Origin: Tubulanus polymorphus
Lineage: Eukaryota; Animalia; Nemertea
NCBI RefSeq assembly: GCF_964204645.1
Contig: NC_134035.1
Coordinates: forward strand, 9,580,451-9,644,450
Reading direction: 5' to 3'
DNA: 64,000 bases
The notes below the pieces were generated by a model. It made no database searches. It was given only the letters and a program-made list of their open reading frames with translations, and was not told the DNA's origin. This document shows positions 47,731-62,452 of the stretch, piece by piece. How positions within the stretch are numbered: position 1 is the stretch's first letter; each line of letters starts with the position of its first letter. A program made the translations under genes and the position numbers.

Positions 47731-50700
47731 ATCAAAGAAAACTCCAAAACGAACCTAGTCTAGTACGTACTTGTTGTCCCAAAACAAGAGGAGCGGCTGT
47801 AGGGACCAGTATAACAATGTCTGGTTGAAACGAACAAAGCAGCCACACGTAACGTTTCGGTTATTATTTTCATTAACGCTGTCTGCGTTAATTCGCCGCG
47901 TAACGGGCGCTATTTTATCGCTATTTTATTAACGCCGAGTAATGTATGAAAACAATCGTCGAAATCACGTCCGTTACCGTCGCGCGCGAGCGCCAATAAA
48001 ACGACTTCAACTTTCGATAGATTTATATTTCGCTGATTGTTATTGACCCGCCGCCTGTTAATGAGCGATCAATGATACTTATATACAGACATACGGCGGC
48101 ACCAAACCGATAACAGCCGCGCAGTGAATCGCCCTATGAAATACGAGCGTTACGTTGCGTGAAAAGCTTATTAATTCCGACTCGAAACGGACCCCATCAG
48201 TGGCCTATTGAAACCGATACCGCGCAGATCATCGGTGATCGATGATAGCGTGAATACGACGACCGATTGCTACGGAACTGAGCGGTTTTTCTCGACGCGA
48301 ACACACAGCTAGGTGTGGTGATTTGATTGTGTGAAATTGCCTGCACTGTCAAACGTAGTTAACGTTGATTTGATGTCGAAATAAATCGACGGCACATTTA
48401 TTTCAATGCTATTTAGGTTGTAGCGCTTAAATTGCTATTTTTACGTAGAAATCGGTAGTTTCTTATGACGCGCATTTCTTTCATTTCAAACTATCAGCGC
48501 AGCCATTTGTGCAACACTTCTATTGAAATTGACGAACATTTTGTATATTTGCAAACCATATTTAATTTTGGCTTTTGTTCAACAAGCTTTTTACTAAAAG
48601 GAACCTTATTGTTGATACCATCATTGTCATCATTATGTTTTTGTAAATTATCTTTCTAGGGCAATGGACCTCCACTCGAGTATAGCCTTCTGGCTTGCCC
48701 ATTGTCCTTCCCCTTTATACACGTTATCTAATACGATACTTAAAAATGTGTATACGTTTGGTGTTAGATAGAAGATAAATTAATAAATAATATCATCATC
48801 ATATACATATTGAGTATTAAATCTTGATTTACCTTGCCTTTTACTGTTGGTCGTAGCCCGGTGGCCGCAAACGGTAAAGAGAAAAATCCATCGATTTCCA
48901 TCACTGCCAGTTGTTGTAAGCCAGTTACGGGATTTTCTCTCGCTAAGTAGTCGGTAAGAGTACAAATCGCCTCTCGGCTTTTTACGCTAAAAACGTCAAA
49001 AGCTGTACGGAATAGGGTAAGTCGCTTACGTACAACATGGTCATTAGGATGTCCTTACAGCCAGTCAACTGGAAGTTACGCGTTAGACGATTTCTTTGAT
49101 CATCGTGGCCAAAAACTAGTTTCGGCAGCAGAAACTCGCCACGAGAGCGAAGCGTAATTATTTCCTAGCCGTGGACATCGCATGTCCAATGAGGCTAACG
49201 AGGTATCGCTACACTTACTGATTAGTTATAAATTGAAGGTATGGCGTACTATCAAAACCGGCCTTGGCCCAGATGAACGCTGATACCGTCATACGACCTC
49301 CTCGGAACAAAAAGGATATTTTTTGCGATTTGGCAGGTTAAGTGGTCACTGGTGCGTATGGGATAAAACAAAGTTATTTAAACGGTTGCTTCGGATTAAT
49401 TATTAAGGACATCGATTAAGAATATCAGCAAATTGAAAGTGGCGCAGTGGGTAGAACGGGCATTGAAGATGTTATGAATAAACCGGTTGCTATGAATAAA
49501 CCGGTTGGTTCGGACGCAAATCAACTACAAGATTATGAATATCAACAAATTCAAAGAGGCACAGTCGGTAGAACCATGTTTTGAAACAAATGCTTTGATT
49601 CGAACATAAACCAAAAAACGAAAATACAATTCAAACTAAATATGCAAAAGAAGATGTAAAGCAATAATAGTAACATCCCAATAAACCACGCAAAGTTGGT
49701 TCATCCGCCGACAATTTCTAATTCAAGAGCTTCGATTGTGTTGATGAAAAACCTGTGTGTTAATTAAAAAAACATTTCCGATGAATGAGACGTTTATTCA
49801 TTCAACCTATCGTTGCTTTTTTCTATATGATACGGTCTCTGGTGACATTCAACTTTTCGAGACGAAAAGTGTCGTCTGGCATTAAACTCATTCTCGTGTG
49901 TGCGGCGAGCCCGCTGTCGTCTGCTTCTCGCCGTATTCGTCTAACACCACAGCTTACGTTGACAGCTGAAATAAATCCGAGGATCTACGGCAGCTTTAAA
50001 AGAACTGACGTCCGGTATTAGGTACGGATTCGTCGCCGTTCCCGCCGATGAAATGTGTCAAAGTCGCTAAACAATTATTCGACGAAAAGTATCTCAGCTA
50101 ATTTCCGGCAAACATACATGTGCGTGGCTAGATAAACAAGAAATCGAGTAGTTTTCTTTTTGCTCAATATCTGCCGTCGCAAATTACGTATTTCAACGCT
50201 TCGAAAAGCTTCACGATGACGGTTATATTTTGAGTAGAGGTCACAACAGTGGGAGGCGCACTAACGACCATTTCATTCAAAACCGTTTCACGTTCATCTA
50301 TTTCTCTTTGATTCGACATTTTGCGAAATGCGAATTGCTTTTTCTCATTTTCGAATTTGTAATTTCAATTACGAATGCGTTTAAAAACTTGGAATAAAAT
50401 TCCAAAAAGATTGAGGGATATGGCTCTGTATGGATTTTTATGATTCTTAGGAGACCACCACCTACAGCGCGGAGGGAGGCGAAAAAAGTAAATTTATCAA
50501 TGTTTGATTATACCATCCTGGAAAAGTTCGTTACTTCGACAATTCGAATTTCCCCTGTGATCTTTGGAAGAAAAAATAATTTCGAAATATCGACTCGTAA
50601 AAATGATCAATCCATTTTCCTCAAACGCCAAACCAATCTACGAGACATCCCATACATCGGGAAAACGCGAGAAAAATCCGTTTTTGATTTATGTTTTAGC

Positions 50701-53435
50701 ATCGCGGCTATAATGAATGTGGCAATAATAGTACTTTATCTTCTTCCAGCTTCCCGAACGATCGATTCGGACGAGCTAGGTGTGTGCGACATTTCATTTC
50801 TCTGATTTCGTTACTAATGGTTTTTCGTCGATGACATTTTGAGCCGGGGATCAATGATACTGTTATGTAATATGCCTCGTCGCGCGTCGACTGAGGTCGC
50901 CGGTCTCGCTGTAAATCAGCGCGTCGTATTTTTTATCCTCCATTCGCAACCGTCATCCATCAACCACCGACAATAACGAATCTGTGACGTGTGACAGGAC
51001 GGCGTTATTGACAATTTGGGAGTAACTATTTGATAAAATCTGCCGTCCGCGCAGGCGCACTTGGTTCGCCGCTCGGTTAACGGTTTGTCGACTGGTGGCA
51101 GGTCGGAAATGAAGTCGAATTAAATCCAATTGGTGACCTATAAGCCCTTTGAGGGCTGGGTATAGTTTTATAATATTTTATAATATTTGTTTGTAAAGAA
51201 GATATTTATAACTATGTCACAATGATAAAATGAAATATAGCTGCAAAGCAGCGATAACGGGTTTTCTGGATGCATGTGATCGAAAGGAAAAATTAATTAC
51301 CGGGTATTCGATGGAAAAAATTAAATGAGATGATTTGGATATTATCGGAGCAATCCTCTTTTTGGTTGAATGGTCTAACCCAGTATAGTCCCCCGTGATT
51401 TGGAAATTATCGGAGCCCTCCTTTATTTACTTACTAAATGACGTCACAAACTGTTATTTCGCCTGTGCTTGTTGTCTAACAATTCAATTCAATTCTTTAT
51501 TTACAGTAACCTAATAAGTAATTTTAAGTTTCAAATAGGATGGAAAGTACATTCAGACAATCTGTTGGTTCAGAGAGACCGTTATTACAGTATCAATTTA
51601 TACATTTCGTTTCGAAGCTGTCAGTTGCCGAATCAGAATGAAGATGAATTTTATTTGACGAAATCGGCGGAAAATATATAATAATAATAATAATCAACAG
51701 AATTTCAAGAGGGTTTTCGACGAAAGTCAGAAAACCCTAATAAACAATACAATACTGTACAATACTAATACTAATAAGTGCCTGAGCATTTTGCGTCTCG
51801 TCGGCCATTTTGGAACAAGGTCCCAAATAGTCGACTAATTCCGATATCTGAAGTTCGCTAAAGGGCTACAAGTCGACTCGAACTAAGTGGAAATCGATCC
51901 AAGTAAGTTTGAAAATAGCGAACCACGAGATCGAACGCGGTCACTGCATAGTTCGGATCTAGTTCCCGAAGATGGCCGATAGCGAGATGCGTACGATCGA
52001 ACTATAGTGCGTCAGATTATTAGTTCCGACCACTATCGAATGCTTTACGCATCGTCTAAGTTCTATTGCCATAACTTAAGATTCAAGACAGCTTTTTGAC
52101 TTAAGTCTGATATCGTCAATCCAGGATTCATCGGGTTCGAATCCTGATGGCGACAGAGTTTCTTGGTCGAAAGTTCTTCTCTGGTCTCTCCCCATCGGGA
52201 AAAATAAACACCGAACTCACTAATAATGCCCTGCGTGGCGCTCAATGGATTGAGGGTATCAAAAAATGCGTTCGATAATTAGTTCCGACCACTTTCATCG
52301 ACTATGCAACGAAAAACCGAAAAAGTTTGTCCAAAATGTCGTTGCGTATCGGACGTGTGTTTGCCGCTTGTCAGCGATGATTTATCGCCGCGTGGAAATC
52401 ATCGCGTTAAAACCGCTGTGCGTAGATTTCACGCTTACGACAACGACCCGAACCGATCCATTAAAACGTGTACGGGACGTTTCTCGCATGGAACCGATGT
52501 CATCTGTTTGACATCGGACTGCTGCTGCTGCCAGACTGGCGTGTGAACAAACGTCGCCTGACCAGAAGCGTGTATAAATAAACGTTGATGTTGATGTATG
52601 AGGCGATTTAGAATTTGGCGCGGCGTTTTCAATGAAAACTGACGTCATTTATTCGCGTTTAATGATCTTAGCCGCCCAAAAGTCATCCATTTATAACCGA
52701 CCGAATTGACACATATGAAACGAATATCTCACACGCGCGTTTTACGCTGAATTCATAATTTACAGCAGTTTCCCTGGAGAGAACTATGTGGAAATAAATC
52801 AACAACAACGCAAAAAAGTGTGTAGGTTGGTCACATCTTTTGGAAGGTCGAAGAGTCCAAATCGACCTTACGATTCGTGATCATCTCAACCTTTGGAATG
52901 TTTTGCAGGGGCGCCATTTTCTTCGAATACTGACATTTCGAGCTTCACAAAAGTTTATTCGTCACCTTCTGAATTCCTTGAATTGCTTGTCAGATCTGCC
53001 GTATTTATAACCCCGAGGTCTTAAGAGTCTCCGAAATAAAACCGTCTGAACTCCAACACAAGATCGATTTCATTTCTGATTTCTGATCGATTTCATACAA
53101 CCGCCACTGTCTCCTAAAGCAAGCTTAGACTTAGACTGGTTGCCGGTCACTACTTCCAATGGGGTAACCGCAGCGCTACTGTGGATCGAGGATTCCCCGT
53201 ATGGCAGGCGATGATCCACTAGGCTCGCTAGTAGTTAATCTGTCTGACTTCTGCGTTCGATTTCTTCTACATACAATTAAACCTGTGAAACCTATTCCGA
53301 TATCTGAGTATTGCCGCCAATCAGAGTTACATATAGACTGGTTGCCTGTCGAATTCTGAGTACGATAGAGAACGGAACCAGTCTAATTTATATTCTGCAG
53401 CGTTCGTTGATACAGAGGGCGCTAGCTGACGGATT

Positions 53436-53823
53436 TATTGTCCGATAGAATATGCCCCACTTGTAATACTTTAGGTGACGAATCCCATTTTCTGTTTGAC
53501 TGTACCTTACTTAACGAACCCCGCAAAAACTATTTGAATTTGAATACCTTTAATACCCTTGATATTCTGAAAAACCCAACGGTCAAATTAGCTAAATTCA
53601 TTAAGACCGGCTTAGATGTATATAGATCCCTCCAATAGTATATATAGTATTGTAAATAGTTGATGTATATATATTTTGTTACGTTTTCATTCTCTAAATT
53701 TTAATTGCTTCAATGTTGTTTTGTAAATATTTGTTTATACATGTGTAATAGTTTTCCTCCATATACCATGGGAATGGTTGGAGTGTAAATAAAATCGTAA
53801 TCGTAATCGTAATCGTAATCGTA
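53436..53823 (+). mobile_element. 5'-truncated LINE 3' end with a CCHC zinc knuckle and (ATCGTA)n tail
   Basis: DRICPTCNTLGDESHFLFDC...RKNYL...LAKFIK*, then a T-rich 3'UTR, aataaa at about 53788 and five atcgta units. Confidence 0.8.
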
Positions 53824-56789
53824 TTGTCACCGCGTAATAATGCCCGGATCGATACATTCATAACCTCCTCGCGCCCGCGACTGTAACTGAAAAATTCTTT
53901 TCCATAAATCGTCGTTATTTTTATGGAGTATGTGCAAGTGAAGGTCGCACGGCGCATGAGAGAATGCCAGAATATCGATCCTCCACAATGATCGTGGGAG
54001 CTTCAACATTGGCGAGCCAAGTTCAATGGTAGTCGTCGCATCCTACGGGTATCATCTATTGACTTGCAACGTGAAAAGAGATTGGAAAAAGCGCGACTCT
54101 GCTGGCAACGACTGCGCGAATCGATTCATTCACCCGGGTTCTAATGACGAGTGTCAAATGTCAAATGATTCAAAAAGCGAGAGTGGATGAGGAAATATGA
54201 GCGAGACGAGTGATCGTTGTCGTACGATTAGATACGATCGTGACAAAATGATCGCTGACGAGAGACGAATCTGATAGGTGATCATTGTCGACGAGTATTA
54301 CGAGCCATCATTGTAAGAACGTACGGAAAAAAAATGATCAGCGATCACGCCAGTGCAATCAGTGATGAAATGTATCAGATCTGATCAGCGAACTGCATCT
54401 GATGTTTGTCATTCTTAATAGCACCGGGCGCACAGGCATATGATGCCTCCACATCTACGAAACAGATGCCTGATAATACTTAAAACGCTCATGTTGATGA
54501 GGCTGGGATCGTTCTGGCGAAAAATTGTACGGCAAATACGCCGAACACCATCGGAAAAAGACAACCATTTCGTTTCAAGCCTAAAGTTGATTTTCCACTT
54601 CGATTTTGATTGTGTCTCTTGTTGGTGTCGATTAACTAGCAAACAGAACCGACTAAATCGCGTATTAACTTCGCAAATGAGTTTTCGAATCGTCGACGGA
54701 TTGGCGACACGCACCCGGGATCTCAATCGGCTCCGGTCGGTCTGTCGTCGATATATCGAGCTGATTTTTTCTAATTAAATCGGAAACCGCAGCGCGCCTG
54801 ATACAATTGCATCACTGTTATCGCGCGGTGGTAACAGAACTCCCCCTGAGCTTACATCTGGCAATGATAACAATAACGCAGCATCATTTTCGACTACAAT
54901 AGATACAATTCTTTTCTGTTTGGTTGAATACTTTCAAGACCATCCGCGCCTATACGATAGATTAAAAGCTCTCGGTTCAAGCTACATACGGCCAGCTTTT
55001 TCGAGCATCGCTGCTGTTTTTGTTCGCGTCGACAAAAACAGTTTGCAATGGAGCAAATCTTTGGTAACTCGACTAATGAAAAGGGTTTCGAAAATGCGAA
55101 CCTGCAGGGGGAAGAAAATATCGCGAAGGTTTCCTTGAAAAGTACTTAAAAAACATGACACGGTGGGAACGAAGAAGTATTTCCAGACTTGTGAAAGAAA
55201 AGTTGCGTTTCTCATTAAAGTTAGAGCCGCAAAAATCAACCGTATACATTCCTATACGTATCACACTTACAACCGACCGCAGGGCCAGACAACCGCTCAA
55301 TTACCGGACCGTCGATGCAGACCAGTTGACCTATCTGGCAATTAAATATTACCCCTCAGATATACACGCGTATAAAGGCTGTCCCGGAATGACCGGTGGT
55401 CATACCGCGTTTCTCGTTAACGTTAATGGAGCCAGGTTTGTTCACGCGTGCTTGGACACCTCGAGGCGAGCGACGGACTTTCTCCCATCGTCGTGCTCTG
55501 GTCGCATCGAGATCCAATCACCACCGCCGACAGCGCGGAGGGCGACAGTGGCCAATTTTCACGAAATCACAGAATATACATATATGTATTTATGTATACG
55601 TGCCTGGGTACCGAAGCATATACGCGGAATCGCTGTTTTTGTAAATCCGACACTGATTTGTCGCCCTAACGAATGCAACGTAGAATATATTACTGATGAG
55701 CTGCTACAATACTTGACGATTTTCGACATAATAGTTACAAATGAGGGCCCTCATTAAGCTAGTTATTTGTAGTGTAAGCACGTGAAGTTGTGTTTTTTTT
55801 TCGTCGTGTGGCTGGAATCTATATCAGAATCTTCGCGATCGATTTAGCACGACGATGATTTTCCACCTTTTCAGGAATCGATATTTTGGATTGAAGCCAA
55901 GTGACGGAGTAACAGGCGAGTTCTATCGGCAAATCATTAACGGTATAATTCGCCTGCGATTGACTTCGTGAGGAGACCAGGGTTTACACATTTAGGCGAA
56001 TTCGATGCTAAGACCGATTCAGCATGTTTTTCTCGGCCATATTTATTTGGCGGAGGTGACACACCGGGCGAATCTGACAATCGCCGATTAGAATTAGAAA
56101 TTCGGCAATAATATCTAGAATGTTCGATTCGAGCAAATCGGTTTGCCGACTTAGAATTCACATCGCGTCCCTTCACGATTCAATTCGCCCGGTCTACCCT
56201 TGTAGGAACATTAACTCTTAAAGTGACGACAGATATTCAGGTGCAAAGTTGTTTAAGCACTTAAAAACTAGAAGTGAGCGTTCGTACTCGATACGAAACG
56301 AAATTGGCAGCCAGTGAAGCGCAATTAAAATAGGAGTAGTATGGTCCCGTTTTTAGTTCTAGCAACCACGAGAACAGCGGTGTTTTGAAAAAGTTTGAAA
56401 ACGTCTGATTCAAGTAGAAGAAAAACCAATAGGGCCTTCTACGAAAGACTGCCGCCTCATTATCCCCCTATGATATCAACAAAAAAATACGTATGCCCAG
56501 GGAAAATTTAAAAGCGAACCGGAAAGCCGACTCCTCAAAAATATAGACATCGCTAGGAATATTGGGTTTTATTCATCGCCCTCACCGGTGGTGATAAACA
56601 GCACATTTTATAGACTGGTTGCCGGTCTCTTTTCTTAATACAAGCGTTTTACATGATTTGCTCAAGTCTCAAAACTTAACCAAATCTCGGAAAACGCTAT
56701 CCTCAATGCTCGCGCGGAGAATATATTTTCGATTACCGAGAGTATAGTCGGCCTTTCCGTTCGCTCATAATTCTATGGCCCAGATAAAC

Positions 56790-56961
56790 TCCAGGAGTGG
56801 GTGCAGGGAAACCCTGTTAGCCTAAGCGTTTAAGCAGTTTAAGATAAGAGACCGCACGAAATCGTAGTTCCAGCGTTTTCCTGCACCCGTTTACGCCTAA
56901 CCGCAGTTTTCGGATATAACCGTGGCTAGTACTAACAGGGTATTCCCGCGTCTGTTCCAGG
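56790..56961. mobile_element. Short inverted-repeat element related to 62293-62366
   Basis: ccagg.g.ggg.gcagg.aaaccctgttag is shared with 62294. The inverted arm reads ctaacagggtattcccgcgtctgttccagg. Confidence 0.5.
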
Positions 56962-58029
56962 CTGAAGCTGATTCTTAATTTCGAATTAAGAGTCGCGAGA
57001 AGAAATGATTTAACGCTCGGAATTAGTAGTGGTCGCTTGCTCTACAGGAAGTAAACAAACCGCGTATCTGTTGATAGCAGTAAAACATTAATTAATCCAC
57101 AGACGACACTTAATCCGAAATGAAAACTTAATTAATCAGTATTAATAGTGACATTTTCGTAATTAAATGATACGCTCGACGGAGCCAAAATGCAAACTAA
57201 TCCCGCATTTTGAGGGGGTTTTAATTAATTAGGCGTGCTGGGCTGAATACGAGACTCGCGCCGAACAACGGAACACGTACTACACCGGCGTGGAGCTGAC
57301 TTTGAACTTTATTAATTAAAAGCGAGGCGTCGATGATGAGAAATGGTAGAATATTCACCGTTCGCGATGACCTTTCTCGATCAATCTCGTGCGATAGATG
57401 AGGCCATTTCTGTCTGATTAATGGTAAACGCGCTTGAGTTCTCGACGCGGAAATCCCGAATCAAAATCATAATTGATTTATCATCTGTTTGTTGCGAGTC
57501 GTTGTACTTCCAGGGACAAATGATTCATAAGTGCGTAGACATAAAACTCAATTTAGATGGAAGTGTTTTTAAATTTTTGCCGCTCTTAGTCAAATTTGGC
57601 GGGACTGAAAGATTTAGTTTTCGCAGAACAAAATTGTGAGTATTTCGGTGTATAAATTCGCTCGAATCTTTCTTTGATTTTGGGTTTTTTTGTTTCTTTT
57701 CAGCCAGCCACGGAAGGCCTGGTGCTGCGAATCAAAGTTCTCACGGACTCTCACCCCTGAGATCGTGAGATCAGCGTTTAAGTAATCAGTGAGACGACCT
57801 TGAAAAAATTGATTAACAAAAGCGGCACCATTTTCCGACGCGACGCGGAGTTGCGTATATACACCTGTTACATCAGAAGTCTCACAGCGTGAAGTACAGA
57901 AACTATAGTTGCAACGCGCGTTTCGTCGAATTAAGAGAAACCTTTTCATCTTTTCAGCTGTTTCCTCGACACAAACCACCACGCGTTCGCATCCGAAAAA
58001 ACCTATTAGTTCTGGGCTTCTGTGAGACT

Positions 58030-58240
58030 CTTATTCTTGTACTGTCTTTCTGTCTGTATGTGTGTCTGTCGTTATGTGTGTCTGTCTGTCTGCCCGTCTT
58101 TCAACTACATAGCTTCGTAAAAAATGGGTCGATAGATCTCGATGAAACTTGGGTTCAATGTTTGTATGTGGGAATCTCGTTGCGCAGTGCTAAGAATGGG
58201 CTCAGTGTGCCAACTAGCGGCAGAACTAGGTACTAAAAAC
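58030..58240 (+). mobile_element. Helentron/DINE-1-like non-autonomous fragment
   Basis: A (GTCT/GTAT)n microsatellite followed by gatagatctcgatgaaacttgg, the usual arrangement in these elements. Confidence 0.4.
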
Positions 58241-60194
58241 TAGCGGCGACATTAACTTGAAGATGACCTCATAAGTCAGGAACGGGTCGAAATTCATAAA
58301 ATCGTCTTCACAAAATTTAGCCATTGGCCCTAGATACAACATCCAGTATGCAATGGAAACTGAAGTCGCATGTTGCTTGTGTTTCTTTCTGTCTTTTTCG
58401 TCGAATTCCGACAACATTATTTCAGCTCGATATAGACACATTCGCCGAACAAAACATAGTACCGAGCTTTACTGCGCAACTCTGCTGCGTAGAGACTATC
58501 AATTGATTAGTGATCGAAAGGCATTTGAAAAATGAGCTAACGGAAGTCGACAAACCACTCGTTAATGATGAGTGAAATGGTAATCTCCCTGAAAGCGGAT
58601 GTGCAGGGTACGATTCCATTCCTATCTCACAGAGAGCCTTTCAGTTTTAGAAATTTAAAAACACTTTAATTTCCTTTCGATTTTTTAACAGCTCAATTTC
58701 CTAATTTCCTACGCAGGTATATATCGCCTTCGTAGATTTTCATTAATTTCGAAGCGTTACCGCCGATTTCGACAGCCTTGGATGCGTTTTTTTATTATCA
58801 GCCCATCTCCCTTTTCGCAATAAACTCGACGCGTCTTGGTACCAAATGTGAAAACTATTAATTCAGCGCTGTAAAAGCTGATCCGATTCATTCCGGCCCA
58901 TCAAACCAGTGTCATACACTATTAACTAAAAACTCAAACTTCAGCTTAATGGATCGTTAATGTTCTATAGAAGCGCTCGGGGAGTTCAACCACGCGTTCT
59001 GAAACTACTGTTAGCAATTTGTTATTGTGAAAAACGTTTCGAAAGAAGAAAGCGCGATTTTTATTTACGAACGTCGATCAGTCACTGCGATGGTGGTGGC
59101 GGAGGTACTTATGCTCTGAGATCCGGCTCTCGCATCTGCAGCGAGTCGTCGGACTTCAAACGTTCCCCCGATGGAAGAGCTTTTTTTCAGATCCGATGAT
59201 ATACGTGCGTATTTGTGTCCATTAAGTCTATCTAAATACAAGCCAAGGAAACCGGGGCAAACGTGCCACGAAATGTAGATAGAAATGTATTAATTCACAC
59301 TCGCCCTCTCGGCGCATCAACTCGAGTAGATTTTTAGCGAACATACATTTTTCATATCGACGAATAATTAACCGAAATGTTTTCATTTTTACAAGTAATG
59401 GACATCGTGTCTTGTTTTGCGATCAATTCGAAAATGAGGAATTCGTTTTTCAAATATTTATGAATACGGCATAAGGAAAACGTATGGTCGAATTAGACTG
59501 AACGAACGAAACTGTATTGGCGCTTAAAAGAAAATCGAGTAATCGAAAAATATTTTTCTTATTCAATTCAATCCAACTCTTATCATGATGTGATCTAAGA
59601 CTAGACACAATACAACGAGAGACAAACAGAGTCGACATTTAGGATCACTTTTTATTCGGACAGAATCATTTTGTCAAAATTGAAATGACGGTTCATCTAT
59701 ACCAGTTTATCAACGGGACTAAAGATTAGTTCCATTTTTTCATACATTTTGACATAGTCACAAAACATTTGAGACACATTTGAGACTGCGTTAATGAACG
59801 AGTTGTAAATAGCGGAGTTTCTTACATAATATGGCACGGGCATTTTTCAGCACTATACTGATATTGAGTGACTGTTGACTCGAAGTCACACCATCATCGC
59901 GTTGATGGCTCATTACGGGTTATATGTTATTCTCGACGTGTCTTCACAGTTAATGTGTTCTTGCCATTAGCGCATTTTTTCGCAAAGTATAAAATACTTA
60001 TCGCCTTCACAGGGATAAACCACCAAATAGGTTAAAACATTTAAAATCCGGACTTTGGCTAAAAGACATGACCATCATCTGTACACAGACATCAAAGTGA
60101 TAAATGAATAAGTTCTTTTTTTCATTTTTCTGAATAATTGATTTAATTCAGATTAATCATTCACATGCATCAAAGCGCTGACAAATTTCCTGAC

Positions 60195-60265
60195 ATGGTT
60201 TCACCGCGGTTCGAACCCACCGCCTGTCGGCTGTGAGTCAAACACCTTATCCATCGACCCACGAA
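60195..60265 (-). mobile_element. tRNA-like SINE head
   Basis: cgtgggtcgatggataaggtgtttgactcacagccgacaggcggtgggttcgaaccgcgg has a degenerate A-box and a B-box. Confidence 0.5.
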
Positions 60266-62383
60266 GATTTGCGTTTCGGGCACGCTCCGAAATCTCGGGC
60301 AATCACACAGAGTGCATGACAGATCGCCGTTCCTGGTGTTTAAGACCGATTTGTAAGCTTCCTGATCATGTTTATGGCAAGTCATCGGTTCTGATGATCA
60401 GAAGAACAGTGGTATAGGAAATACCAATCGATTTAAATCCAAGCTATATTCAACGGCAGTATAAATTCGTAGGGCAGGAGTCTACTTCCGATATGTTAAA
60501 AGCCGACATAGATTTCTTCTTTCCGAGCGGGGCTCGTGGTCGGCGTTTCGACCGATCGGTTTATGGCACCTGTTAATTTGTATACGCGCGATCGAGATGA
60601 ATTCCTAAACATGACCGCGGCAATTAACGAGCATATAACCGGAGACGATGTCGACGGTACGATCATCGTGGTATAATTCGCGTGACTCCGATAATCACCT
60701 CGAAACTACTAATCACTATACTCCGCCTAATTACGATCGTAAATTCGCGGTGACTTTAAGTCGCTGGAGCATCGCACCGCGTCGAGAGGTTTAAACAGCT
60801 ATTTTCCAGTCTGCGGTGGAGTCATTTCACTTCAATGGCACGTTGATTTTAACGGCGTCGTGGCGGGGATAATGAATTCCGTCTTTTACGCGTCGACAGG
60901 CTTTCGCGTATAGAATCGACGGCACACTTTCTCATTAAACCCGATTGAACGGCGGCGTGCGCGCGAGCGCCGTGAAATATTACCGGACCGTAATTGGTTT
61001 TATTTACCGGTGATTGTTTAATCAGACCGACTAAATCGACTATTTTATTTCATTATGACGAAGTAACGACATTCACGTTTTATGAGTCGAACGCGCCGCC
61101 GTCGAATGAGCAACGAAACACACGAAGCCCCTCTCGACATCAACCTGCCATCTACCACTTAAATCAAATTCTTTTTCGGCCCATAAAAGTCAATAAGCGT
61201 TCTGCGGCACGAAGCTTTCACAGCACCGACCGGCTCTGAAATATCAGACGCTTACCGCATCAGATAACAGCGAAATCCGACCCTTAATACCAACTCATCA
61301 CGACACAGGGAAGCAGGGAAACACCTAATCAAACATGTTTTATCTATAGGAAACATTGCTTCCATTGAAATGATATTGTTCTTTATGAAGCTTAACGCAT
61401 GGAAACAGGGAAATTCGTGTTTCGTGTTTCCCTGCATCGTGAACTCAACGCAGACGGCACAGGGAATCGCTCGGAATGTTTCTGTCGCACATTTCCCTGA
61501 GTGTGCGTTGGACAAAACTGGAATTATTGGCATTCTTTTCCTTTTCTTGGTGCTGTAAAATGTTCGCCTCTCGTCATTAGAGAACTCTGAAAGCGGATCC
61601 GACATGTATAACTGAGATGTAAATTTGTCGACTAATAAGTCTCATTATATTTATACAACCTACCAGAACCAGATAGCGCACGAATACGTACCTAATGAAT
61701 GGATGAAGTCTGCTACTGGTTACGCATAGACAGACCAAGTATAAGGAACCACGGGGAATTCATATCCGCAGAAATGTGAGTGGAGAGAGAGAATGCTGAA
61801 GGGTGAACGCGAAGTTAACCGTTATCATTCATCCATTCACAACTGATCGGACCGGATATTTGTATTATGCACGGAAACAATGAATCCCAATCGACTATGA
61901 AATTATTGTATAAATCTATGTATCCTATTCCAGTACTCAGATCTATTAGCATAAAATCGTCCGCATATATACGCGCGCGAGACCTCTCGAAAGTTCACGT
62001 CGTTACCTCTAAATTGTAAATTTGGCGTATACAATGGGACGCGAGTCGAGAAGATACCACGATGAATATACGAGTGAAATCCTATCATTAGCCATCATCA
62101 GCACGCCTGATATATTAACATGTATTTCTATTCTTCAAGAATATTTCATCTTTTGCTGAATTATTGCGGGGTTTCTCTCCGTACAATGACTTGACGTCTG
62201 ATTGAGTGATACTACTACAACGTCTGCACTACAGATACTATAAACTTCCTCCAAGGATCGATGTGGGTGTCATAACAGCAGCTTAGTTATGTACCAGGGG
62301 CGGGCGCAGGAAAACCCTGTTAGTGCTAACCGTGGTTAGTGGCTTATCCGTGGTTCGGCTAACCAGTTTGAAATAAGAGGCCG

Positions 62384-62452
62384 CGCTGGCTGGTTGTACC
62401 GGGCTGGTTGTGCCGGGCTGGTTATACCGGGCTGGTTGTACCGGGCTGGTTG
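62384..62452. repeat. 14-bp minisatellite (ccgggctggttgta)n
   Basis: About 4.5 tandem units. Confidence 0.85.

Noticed and set aside
55155-55757. 200-aa ORF on the plus strand
   Set aside because: No recognisable domain or supported splice structure; probably a chance ORF in an intron.
60195-60265. Genuine tRNA gene
   Set aside because: The acceptor stem and D-arm do not pair properly; more consistent with a SINE head.
61252-61605. Candidate GABBR2 exon 1 (ORF ending near a gtaag donor)
   Set aside because: No signal peptide or Venus-flytrap similarity, and the donor phase does not fit the phase-0 acceptor at 37576.
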